Shown piece by piece: positions 1-9,329 of a stretch of 20,000 nt of DNA. Where the stretch lies: the NCBI GenBank assembly GCA_002245135.1, contig NGBS01000036.1:47317-67316 (forward strand). Direction: 5' to 3'. The notes under the pieces are model-generated. The model was given only the letters and a program-made list of their open reading frames with translations, did no database searches and had not been told where the DNA came from. The stretch is from Proteromonas lacertae. Lineage: Eukaryota. The stretch's first letter is position 1; each line of letters opens with the position of its first letter. Both the position numbers and the translations under genes were made by a program.

Positions 1-150
1 TAATTTTGATGATGTACATGAAATCCCAATATGACTAAGTTTGTAAAAGATAACTTTCCATCATACTATTACTCTGACTCTGATTATTACTCTGATTCTG
101 ATGATTTTGATGATGATAGATGGCAATCTGTAGAACGAAAGAAAAGTTAA
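1..150 (+). pseudogene. 3' end of an upstream intronless gene with an acidic tail, apparently frameshifted near 20-30
   Basis: Frame from 2 reads NFDDVHEIPI*. Frame from 31 reads MTKFVKDNFPSYYSDSDYYSDSDDFDDDRWQSVERKKS* (stop 148-150). Adding one A in catgaaatccc joins them. The gene is cut by the window edge. Confidence 0.35.
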
Positions 151-350
151 TATCATCTATAATATCAATAACGGCTATATATCTAATAGTATTGTTTCTC
201 TATTTTTTATATTGTTTTATATATTTTATGGGTGTTAAACGAAAGCATAAGCAACAATCATCACCAAAAGAAGAAGCAATTGATTTTGAGAATCCCTCTG
301 TGTATCATAATGCACTTAAAAGAAAATTGTAAAAGATCATCTATAATAAG

Positions 351-1436
351 GTGAAAGATAACAAAAAAATAAAACTAGATCTCAGTCACATGGCTAACCC
401 AACAGCCAATGTTGACAAAGGCAATGGTACATATGGATTAGACATCTATGATCCTAAATCTAGTTTCAATAAATTTTATGATACTATAGGAGATGAGGAT
501 GATATAGAGGAATTATCAAAGCTAGTCAATCCAAATATAAATGCAACAAAAAACAATTTTATGACTGATGAGATGAAATACAAATTATATATGTCAGGCA
601 TCACAGATCAGTTTGGACGATATTATAGGAACATAGGTAAGTATAACAAGCCATACTCAGATTATTATGCTCAACCAGAGAATTTAACATACCAATGGCA
701 AAATCCATTTTTATCTCAAATTGAAGGACAACCATTACAACAATGGGGATCACAGTACAATGTAAATTCATATCAATCCAATCCAAGATGGAATAATAAT
801 GCTGGTACAACACAAAAAGATCACGAGTATGAATTACAACAAGAAAATGAAATAATGAAAGCAAGGAATGAAGAATATCAGAGAAAGATAGCTACAATGG
901 AAGAAAGAGAAAAAGAGTCATTAATTGCAAAAATTGATAAATATTTCTCAAATAATACAACATACGATTGGTTGAAATTTGGTGTGAAGTTCTGCTTATG
1001 TACTATGACATTAGGTTCTATTTCACAAGTGTTTGATATACTATTTCCTGATAGTACTGTTGGTGCAATATTAAAGTATTTAGTAAATGCAGGAATAGGA
1101 TATAGTGGTGTTATGCAAAGGATATTTGGTTTATCTCCAGCATGGGTTAATGCAGCATCTTTTGTATCAATGTTAACTCCTAATTTTGTCAGTTTGGTAT
1201 ATAATCGTTGGAAACAAGTTCCTCCAATGGATATGTCACAATGGATTCATTCTAAGTTAGATAGTATAATGGGTTTCTTTACTACATCACTAAGTAATAT
1301 ATACAATTGGTTCAGAGGTATATTTGGTGCTACTCCTACAACAACAAATTCGACGAGTGCGCCGGCCACTTCAAATATTCAAGCATCGAATGTTACAACT
1401 GCCCCCAGTTCTAATATTACAACCATTTTTGATTAA
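351..1436 (+). CDS. Hypothetical protein fragment (361 aa): Q/N/Y-rich region, coiled coil, amphipathic/hydrophobic helices, S/T-rich tail
   Basis: ORF track. A 1.08-kb open frame in very AT-rich DNA. Contains ELQQENEIMKARNEEYQRKIATMEEREKE (coiled-coil-like) and a WLKFGVKF...WVNAASFVSML helical region. Confidence 0.55.
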   Translation: MKDNKKIKLDLSHMANPTANVDKGNGTYGLDIYDPKSSFNKFYDTIGDEDDIEELSKLVNPNINATKNNFMTDEMKYKLYMSGITDQFGRYYRNIGKYNKPYSDYYAQPENLTYQWQNPFLSQIEGQPLQQWGSQYNVNSYQSNPRWNNNAGTTQKDHEYELQQENEIMKARNEEYQRKIATMEEREKESLIAKIDKYFSNNTTYDWLKFGVKFCLCTMTLGSISQVFDILFPDSTVGAILKYLVNAGIGYSGVMQRIFGLSPAWVNAASFVSMLTPNFVSLVYNRWKQVPPMDMSQWIHSKLDSIMGFFTTSLSNIYNWFRGIFGATPTTTNSTSAPATSNIQASNVTTAPSSNITTIFD

Positions 1437-2316
1437 TCAATATGATTATGAATCAGTTAAGCAAATGGAAATGAATAATACAAAACAAGATTTAGAAAAT
1501 GTATGTAAAAATGTAGGATTGCCATTAGATATTATATCAAAGTATTCCAGCTATGGTGGAACAATAGATCAATTGACAGATTACTTACATTATTTCAAAT
1601 ATCAATGTGGTCGTAGTGTTCCAGAAGCACGATCAGATGTGTGTAATTTAATTAATGGTATGGGTAGTGAATATCATTTATGGCCTAAAGTAAATTATGG
1701 TTTATTTGGTATGTCTTTAGATGGATATCCAAAGACAGGTTCAGGTAGAAGAAAACATGTTCATTTCAAACATAAGAAACATCACAGAAGAAATAAACTA
1801 AAATTAGAGAGTATCCCACGGAGGCATCTCTTGGCTACTAAGAAATTAGGTGGTAATAGTGGTATTATACCATTAAGAGTGGGTCAAAGTGTTGGTCCTA
1901 ATGAGCATGTCATTATTACTAATCCAAGACAACAAATGTATGATGCTGCTAGTGCTGCTTATAATGGAACATCACAATTACAGCCAAGTCAAATACCAGA
2001 ATATATTCAACCATATATACCAAAAGAAACTGTAGGATATGATTATAATTGGAATTATGATAAATTAATTAGTCCAGGTTTGAATAGACAAGCTCGAAAA
2101 GAAGTTCAATATGCATTAACTAATAATTATGCTTCAATGTTGCCTAACAATTATCATATTAATTTTTATGATATGCTAGATCGTGAACATAAAAAAGGAC
2201 ATTTAAGAGGAACATTCCCATTAGCAACATTAGATACATCTAATCCAAGAAGCTATCTTTTGAATTGCCTGAATATGTTACAGAAGCAGATGTTCAGGCA
2301 TATGATAATGGAATGA
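1324..2316 (+). CDS. Hypothetical protein fragment with GSG followed by a K/R/H-rich basic tract; real coding portion probably ~1420-2250
   Basis: ORF track. Contains KTGSGRRKHVHFKHKKHHRRNKLK...KKLGG. Confidence 0.5.
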   Translation: MVLLLQQQIRRVRRPLQIFKHRMLQLPPVLILQPFLINQYDYESVKQMEMNNTKQDLENVCKNVGLPLDIISKYSSYGGTIDQLTDYLHYFKYQCGRSVPEARSDVCNLINGMGSEYHLWPKVNYGLFGMSLDGYPKTGSGRRKHVHFKHKKHHRRNKLKLESIPRRHLLATKKLGGNSGIIPLRVGQSVGPNEHVIITNPRQQMYDAASAAYNGTSQLQPSQIPEYIQPYIPKETVGYDYNWNYDKLISPGLNRQARKEVQYALTNNYASMLPNNYHINFYDMLDREHKKGHLRGTFPLATLDTSNPRSYLLNCLNMLQKQMFRHMIME

Positions 2317-2750
2317 ATAGAGTTACAGATCCTTTGTTACAAAAATTTCCTAAATTACAAAATTATAAATCATTGCAAGCGATTATAGAAAAGAATCCTC
2401 AATTAGCAGCCTATAAAAATTATAGACAAGATTGGTTGACCTCAACTTGGGATAAATTAACAGGTAATGATAAAGATGCAATAGAATATTATAACAAACT
2501 ATTATTACAGCAGGAGTATTTGCAAAATGAATTAGTTGATGGAGTAAGTAAGATCAATCAATATTCAGATCCATATAATTTTGATCCGAATCGAGCTGAA
2601 AAAGTAAAAGAATATATTGCATTGAATAATCAAAAGGCACAAAGATATATGGATGATCCAGAGATATTAGAAAGATCAAAATTTTATAGATGGGCATTAG
2701 ATCCAAAGAACCGCATACATGGATTAATGAAGATAAATATAGAGAACTGA
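2265..2750 (+). CDS. Hypothetical protein fragment, probable -1 frameshifted continuation of the 1324-2316 ORF
   Basis: The frame is open from 2244 (SKKLSFELPEYVTEADV), overlaps the previous ORF and has only a TTG at the annotated start. Confidence 0.45.
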   Translation: MPEYVTEADVQAYDNGMNRVTDPLLQKFPKLQNYKSLQAIIEKNPQLAAYKNYRQDWLTSTWDKLTGNDKDAIEYYNKLLLQQEYLQNELVDGVSKINQYSDPYNFDPNRAEKVKEYIALNNQKAQRYMDDPEILERSKFYRWALDPKNRIHGLMKINIEN

Positions 2751-2850
2751 ATGAAATAGCATCACAGAATAGTAGAGATTTCATTAACTTTGATTATAAT
2801 AGAGAGAAGTTAGGTCACTCACTTCCTCAAGAGTGGGTGAATGCAGGAAA

Positions 2851-3692
2851 ATAGCAGATATTGATAATGAACTGGAGAGGTTTATGCAATACAACACAGT
2901 GAATAGCACAAAGAAAAATATTTCTGAGTTATGGCTTCTCATACAACACAGATTTCCTAATCTATTCAAAATTTCACAAAATTATTTAGCATGCCCTGTC
3001 GCGCGCGATAAAGAAATTTGCGCGATAAAGGAAGTAATTGTTTATATTTAGATCTAATGTAATATTATTGTTAATGTCATTACGCTATGCATGAATATAT
3101 AATCATTTTGTCTTATAACATTCATGAACAATAGTTATGTTCAATTATTCATAAATATTCACTTCATATCCATCTTAATTATTTTTATCATTTAACATTA
3201 TTTTTATTGCATATATCACTGGAAGAAATTGAAATAAACAGTTCTTTGATGAAAAGATTAAACAAAATCGATGTTACGATGGTTTGAAATAAAAAATAAA
3301 ATATTGGCTTGAAGAAGGCTTGAGCATATTTTTTTTTTTCTTTAATATTTTTTTAAAGGGTACTATATATATATCAATATGTTAATAAGACATATATATT
3401 AATATATTCTTATTGAAAATTTGATGACAATTTCAACATATGTAATTTATTAGACAAAATAATGTTATATTTATATTTACTCGGCCTTCCAAATAAGTAT
3501 TAACATATTCACTTTAATGGAAACTTATTACTTCCTTTACCGCGCAAATTTCTTTATAGCGCGACATGCCCACCAACTTTCTGTGAGGTTGAGAGGATAT
3601 TCTCTCTCACAGGAAGAATTAGTGGTTTTAATCGGTCGTCTTTATCTCCAGAACACCTGGAGATGAAGACGATGATATTTATTATACTATAA
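2851..3692 (+). pseudogene. hAT transposase C-terminal dimerisation-domain relic, split by a MITE
   Basis: Removing 2997-3571 gives an in-frame IADIDNELERFMQY...ELWLLIQHRFPNLFKISQNYLACPPTFCEVERIFSLTGRISGFNRSSLSPEHLEMKTMIFIIL*. This matches the Dimer_Tnp_hAT pattern W...FP.L......L..P.T....ER.FS......R..L. Confidence 0.85.
2997..3566. mobile_element. 570-bp non-autonomous TIR element (MITE) with TGT...ACA ends and 5-bp TSD TGCCC; Ginger/TDD-like hallmarks
   Basis: Left end tgtcgcgcgcgataaagaaatttgcgcgataaaggaagtaat. Reverse complement of the right end is tgtcgcgctataaagaaatttgcgcggtaaaggaagtaat (~40-bp imperfect TIR). TGCCC occurs at 2992-2996 and 3567-3571. Excision restores the hAT frame. 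Confidence 0.9.
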
Positions 3693-3863
3693 ACCAGGGT
3701 TGTATTTATCGGTTACTGACGGAGATAGGTCAAAACCTATAGGTTTTGCCTTGACTGTCGGTCGGTCAAGCCTTACAAGCCGTATATTATAAAATCTATT
3801 TTAATTCATTATATACTAATTTTCCTTTCATAAAAACTATCTTATAATATATTTTAATACTTG

Positions 3864-4344
3864 GGAAAGTTGCGAATTGGACTCGAGTTCAAAATTTGAA
3901 CTCGGTACTTCCAGCCACTTTACAGCGCTAATATTAAAATTTCATTGACTTTTGTAATTAAATTAAACTATTCTGAAATGCGTGTTGAATTTGGACAACA
4001 TCAATGTTAGTCATTAGAAACATCATTAGAATTTTGTACATAAATCTATTGTACATAATATGTATACACTGGACCTCCAGTTTTAAATCTAATTATTTTG
4101 ATAGTTCAAGAGAAAATTCAAAAAAAGAAATATTGACACAAGCTTTGGCTTGATCAAATTTGAATTTATTTAAATTTTGAACTCGCTCTTTGTATGCGAA
4201 GAGAATATTCAATTTTAATAATCATTTGACATGTATAAGTTTTAATTATTTAATTTAAACTATAAAAATACAAGTAATACAAGAAATTATCTAGATCGTT
4301 AAGATTAGAAGAGATTACGAAATACTCAATAACAACGTAATATT
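3864..4344 (+). repeat. Left TIR, unique outer part (481 bp)
   Basis: Reverse complement of 7897-8377; no mismatch seen by eye. Confidence 0.95.
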
Positions 4345-4713
4345 AACTATCAATTTATTTCGATTTAGAACAAACTAACATAATTCTTTCTAATCTTCGA
4401 TTTTGTACTCATTTCATTCTATATATTATACTCAATTATATATACATTATACAATAACCATTTTTAACTATCAGTTTACTTCGATTTAGAACAAACTAAC
4501 ATAATTCTTTCTAATCTTCGATTTTGTACTCATTTCATTCTATATATTATACTCAATTATATATACATTATACAATAACCATTTTTAACTATCAATTTAC
4601 TTCGATTTAGAACAAACTAACATAATTCTTTCTAATCTTCGATTTTGTACTCATTTCATTCTATATATTATACTCAATTATATATACATTATACAATAAC
4701 CATTTTAAACTAT
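4345..4713 (-). repeat. 121-bp tandem array, 3 copies, inverted relative to the long array
   Basis: Unit aactatca(a/g)tttacttcgatttagaacaaac...aaccattttt starts at 4345, 4466 and 4587. Confidence 0.95.
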
Positions 4714-4899
4714 TATTTTAAAATGAAAAATATCCGTTACTGAATCTTTCTATTTTCTTATTTGTACTATCCTCACATCCCTTGTAATTAATACTTTGCT
4801 GTATGAATCATGTAAGTATTGAAAATGGATTTGTAAAAATCCTATATAAATTAAATAAAGATTCAACTCATTCCATTGTTGATGGAAGAAAAAAGGATT

Positions 4900-7896
4900 T
4901 GATAGTTAAAATATATAGAATGAAATGAGTACAAAATCGAAGATTAGAAAGAATTATGTTAGTTTGTTCTAAATCGAAGTAAACTGATAGTTAAAAATGG
5001 TTATTGTATAATGTATATATAATTGAGTATAATATATAGAATGAAATGAGTACAAAATCGAAGATTAGAAAGAATTATGTTAGTTTGTTCTAAATCGAAG
5101 TAAATTGATAGTTAAAAATGGTTATTGTATAATGTATATATAATTGAGTATAATATATAGAATGAAATGAGTACAAAATCGAAGATTAGAAAGAATTATG
5201 TTAGTTTGTTCTAAATCGAAGTAAACTGATAGTTAAAAATGGTTATTGTATAATGTATATATAATTGAGTATAATATATAGAATGAAATGAGTACAAAAT
5301 CGAAGATTAGAAAGAATTATGTTAGTTTGTTCTAAATCGAAGTAAACTGATAGTTAAAAATGGTTATTGTATAATGTATATATAATTGAGTATAATATAT
5401 AGAATGAAATGAGTACAAAATCGAAGATTAGAAAGAATTATGTTAGTTTGTTCTAAATCGAAGTAAATTGATAGTTAAAAATGGTTATTGTATAATGTAT
5501 ATATAATTGAGTATAATATATAGAATGAAATGAGTACAAAATCGAAGATTAGAAAGAATTATGTTAGTTTGTTCTAAATCGAAGTAAACTGATAGTTAAA
5601 AATGGTTATTGTATAATGTATATATAATTGAGTATAATATATAGAATGAAATGAGTACAAAATCGAAGATTAGAAAGAATTATGTTAGTTTGTTCTAAAT
5701 CGAAGTAAACTGATAGTTAAAAATGGTTATTGTATAATGTATATATAATTGAGTATAATATATAGAATGAAATGAGTACAAAATCGAAGATTAGAAAGAA
5801 TTATGTTAGTTTGTTCTAAATCGAAGTAAATTGATAGTTAAAAATGGTTATTGTATAATGTATATATAATTGAGTATAATATATAGAATGAAATGAGTAC
5901 AAAATCGAAGATTAGAAAGAATTATGTTAGTTTGTTCTAAATCGAAGTAAATTGATAGTTAAAAATGGTTATTGTATAATGTATATATAATTGAGTATAA
6001 TATATAGAATGAAATGAGTACAAAATCGAAGATTAGAAAGAATTATGTTAGTTTGTTCTAAATCGAAGTAAACTGATAGTTAAAAATGGTTATTGTATAA
6101 TGTATATATAATTGAGTATAATATATAGAATGAAATGAGTACAAAATCGAAGATTAGAAAGAATTATGTTAGTTTGTTCTAAATCGAAGTAAACTGATAG
6201 TTAAAAATGGTTATTGTATAATGTATATATAATTGAGTATAATATATAGAATGAAATGAGTACAAAATCGAAGATTAGAAAGAATTATGTTAGTTTGTTC
6301 TAAATCGAAGTAAATTGATAGTTAAAAATGGTTATTGTATAATGTATATATAATTGAGTATAATATATAGAATGAAATGAGTACAAAATCGAAGATTAGA
6401 AAGAATTATGTTAGTTTGTTCTAAATCGAAGTAAACTGATAGTTAAAAATGGTTATTGTATAATGTATATATAATTGAGTATAATATATAGAATGAAATG
6501 AGTACAAAATCGAAGATTAGAAAGAATTATGTTAGTTTGTTCTAAATCGAAGTAAACTGATAGTTAAAAATGGTTATTGTATAATGTATATATAATTGAG
6601 TATAATATATAGAATGAAATGAGTACAAAATCGAAGATTAGAAAGAATTATGTTAGTTTGTTCTAAATCGAAGTAAATTGATAGTTAAAAATGGTTATTG
6701 TATAATGTATATATAATTGAGTATAATATATAGAATGAAATGAGTACAAAATCGAAGATTAGAAAGAATTATGTTAGTTTGTTCTAAATCGAAGTAAATT
6801 GATAGTTAAAAATGGTTATTGTATAATGTATATATAATTGAGTATAATATATAGAATGAAATGAGTACAAAATCGAAGATTAGAAAGAATTATGTTAGTT
6901 TGTTCTAAATCGAAGTAAATTGATAGTTAAAAATGGTTATTGTATAATGTATATATAATTGAGTATAATATATAGAATGAAATGAGTACAAAATCGAAGA
7001 TTAGAAAGAATTATGTTAGTTTGTTCTAAATCGAAGTAAACTGATAGTTAAAAATGGTTATTGTATAATGTATATATAATTGAGTATAATATATAGAATG
7101 AAATGAGTACAAAATCGAAGATTAGAAAGAATTATGTTAGTTTGTTCTAAATCGAAGTAAACTGATAGTTAAAAATGGTTATTGTATAATGTATATATAA
7201 TTGAGTATAATATATAGAATGAAATGAGTACAAAATCGAAGATTAGAAAGAATTATGTTAGTTTGTTCTAAATCGAAGTAAATTGATAGTTAAAAATGGT
7301 TATTGTATAATGTATATATAATTGAGTATAATATATAGAATGAAATGAGTACAAAATCGAAGATTAGAAAGAATTATGTTAGTTTGTTCTAAATCGAAGT
7401 AAATTGATAGTTAAAAATGGTTATTGTATAATGTATATATAATTGAGTATAATATATAGAATGAAATGAGTACAAAATCGAAGATTAGAAAGAATTATGT
7501 TAGTTTGTTCTAAATCGAAGTAAACTGATAGTTAAAAATGGTTATTGTATAATGTATATATAATTGAGTATAATATATAGAATGAAATGAGTACAAAATC
7601 GAAGATTAGAAAGAATTATGTTAGTTTGTTCTAAATCGAAGTAAACTGATAGTTAAAAATGGTTATTGTATAATGTATATATAATTGAGTATAATATATA
7701 GAATGAAATGAGTACAAAATCGAAGATTAGAAAGAATTATGTTAGTTTGTTCTAAATCGAAGTAAACTGATAGTTAAAAATGGTTATTGTATAATGTATA
7801 TATAATTGAGTATAATATATAGAATGAAATGAGTACAAAATCGAAGATTAGAAAGAATTATGTTAGTTTGTTCTAAATCGAAGTAAATTGATAGTT
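4900..7896 (+). repeat. 121-bp tandem array: 24 full copies plus one internally deleted 85-bp copy
   Basis: tgatagtt recurs at 4900, 4985 and then every 121 bp to 7889. Copies appear identical except one C/T site (aagtaaa[C/T]tgatag). Confidence 0.97.
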
Positions 7897-8377
7897 AATA
7901 TTACGTTGTTATTGAGTATTTCGTAATCTCTTCTAATCTTAACGATCTAGATAATTTCTTGTATTACTTGTATTTTTATAGTTTAAATTAAATAATTAAA
8001 ACTTATACATGTCAAATGATTATTAAAATTGAATATTCTCTTCGCATACAAAGAGCGAGTTCAAAATTTAAATAAATTCAAATTTGATCAAGCCAAAGCT
8101 TGTGTCAATATTTCTTTTTTTGAATTTTCTCTTGAACTATCAAAATAATTAGATTTAAAACTGGAGGTCCAGTGTATACATATTATGTACAATAGATTTA
8201 TGTACAAAATTCTAATGATGTTTCTAATGACTAACATTGATGTTGTCCAAATTCAACACGCATTTCAGAATAGTTTAATTTAATTACAAAAGTCAATGAA
8301 ATTTTAATATTAGCGCTGTAAAGTGGCTGGAAGTACCGAGTTCAAATTTTGAACTCGAGTCCAATTCGCAACTTTCC
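7897..8377 (-). repeat. Right TIR, unique outer part (481 bp)
   Basis: Reverse complement of 3864-4344. Confidence 0.95.
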
Positions 8378-8552
8378 TAATACTTGATTCATATATTTTC
8401 AATTCAATTAAATAATTTTTAACTTTTTATAAAGAATTACAATTTAATACTCAACAATAATTAGGTATTTTATATAATTATGTTCTTATTTATTTCTACT
8501 AATCATCAGTTTCATTTGTAATCTATCACATGATAAATTTGATTTGGATAAG

Positions 8553-8759
8553 TTACTTATTTGTCGGCTCTGAAGATGTTGCTAGACTGTTTAAACTGTT
8601 CTTGGCAAGTATATATACCCTAGGAAACTTGGACTTTAATGATAGCCAGATATTTCCAATGGTTTCAGAGGTGCTGTAATGAATATCATATTGCAAATAT
8701 TCTTGTACTTCATTTGGCATAATTAATCTCTTTCTTTTTACTGCAAATGCATTTATCAA
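8553..8759 (-). pseudogene. Truncated hAT transposase dimerisation-domain fragment inside the 3695-9280 element
   Basis: NEVQEYLQY...NIWLSLKSKFPRVYILAKNSLNSLATSSE matches E..Y....W.....FP....LA...L...ATS but breaks off before ER.FS. Confidence 0.75.
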
Positions 8760-9329
8760 GGCTTTTTATCTTTAACATATTATACCAAAAGGTTTTGTAG
8801 AAGTTAAAATTAAGATGTTCAAGTATATTTGCCTCTTTTAAGGCAATAACTTCACGAGCCGCTCCAATTGGTAAAACTATACTCCTAGAATATATAATGA
8901 TAGATTATATTAGATACATTTATGATAATTTTAAGAAATGATTAATGTCAAGCTAAAAGTTTGCCATTTTTTCTTTCAAATTTTTATAATCATTCTATAC
9001 TTTATATTACATATATAACACAATAGAATAACTCATTGGTAAGGTTAGATTCAATTATGAAGAAAGAAAAAAGCGCATCGACCGACGGTTAATTCGGTAT
9101 TTTATAGAATGATATATAGAGCTTGAATTCAATATGTGCAGTTAGATAAAATAATTAATATCACATGTTTAGGAGGAGGTCAGCTAATAGTTACTACAGC
9201 CTGCTGTCGGTCAACATTTGTTTATTGACCTACGACCGATCGGTTTTCTCCGTCGGTCATGACCGATTTATACAACCCTGCTATAAACTTTAAAATACAA
9301 CAAATAAAAATAAAAATAAGTCTAATCTT

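Larger units (their letters stand above)
228..2854 (+). pseudogene. Disrupted long intronless ORF (or tightly packed ORFs) of unknown function, possibly an endogenous viral/Polinton-like gene
   Basis: ATG 228 is in frame with ORF 351-1436 but is interrupted by TAA 330-332. ORFs 351-1436, 1324-2316, 2265-2750 and a further open frame 2705-2854 (EPHTWINEDKYRELNEIASQ...WVNAGK*) overlap end to end. They can be joined by small indels at ~1420-1430, ~2250 and ~2706. No recognisable domain. Confidence 0.5.
3864..8377. mobile_element. Foldback/Mutator(MULE)-like non-autonomous element, 4514 bp, 9-bp TSD TAATACTTG
   Basis: Starts GGAAAGTTGCG and ends CGCAACTTTCC. TAATACTTG at 3855-3863 and 8378-8386. 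Long TIRs continue inward as opposed 121-bp arrays. No ORF in the ORF track. Confidence 0.92.
3695..9280 (-). mobile_element. Non-autonomous hAT DNA transposon (1063 bp once the nested element and one TSD copy are removed), 8-bp TSD CTATAAAC
   Basis: TIR CAGGGTTGTAT (11 bp perfect, 17/19 extended) at 3695 and inverted ending at 9280. CTATAAAC at 3687-3694 and 9281-9288. Subterminal TCGGTC/GACCGA motifs at both ends. Internal hAT transposase fragment at 8553-8759. Confidence 0.92.

Noticed and set aside
120..227. Transmembrane N-terminus of the 70-aa ORF 120-332
   Set aside because: The hydrophobic stretch is translated T-rich intergenic DNA. ATG 228 is the more plausible start.
330..332. Alternative genetic code or stop readthrough (TAA 330; TGAs at 19539 and 19566)
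   Set aside because: CHD and calpain translate fully with the standard code and end in TAA. The stops lie in regions that also carry frameshifts.
2244..2270. Programmed -1 ribosomal frameshift
   Set aside because: No canonical X XXY YYZ slippery heptamer or evident downstream structure. Several other lesions nearby favour decay or sequencing error.
601..2969. Minus-strand ORFs 601-864, 2554-2784 and 2784-2969
   Set aside because: Short, motif-less and antisense to better-supported plus-strand coding relics.
4900..7896. CRISPR array or tandem 5S rRNA/tRNA genes (unit ~120 bp)
   Set aside because: No unique spacers, no cas genes and a eukaryotic context. The unit is extremely AT-rich with no 5S or tRNA-like motifs or stems.
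4900..7896. Coding repeat
   Set aside because: The 121-bp period is not a multiple of 3 and the ORF track shows nothing in either array.
3864..8377. Inverted repeat as a sequencing fold-back artefact
   Set aside because: The inversion stops exactly at a 9-bp direct duplication, the flanks are unrelated, the centre is unique, and the outermost monomers differ at one base (ttatttcg vs ttacttcg).
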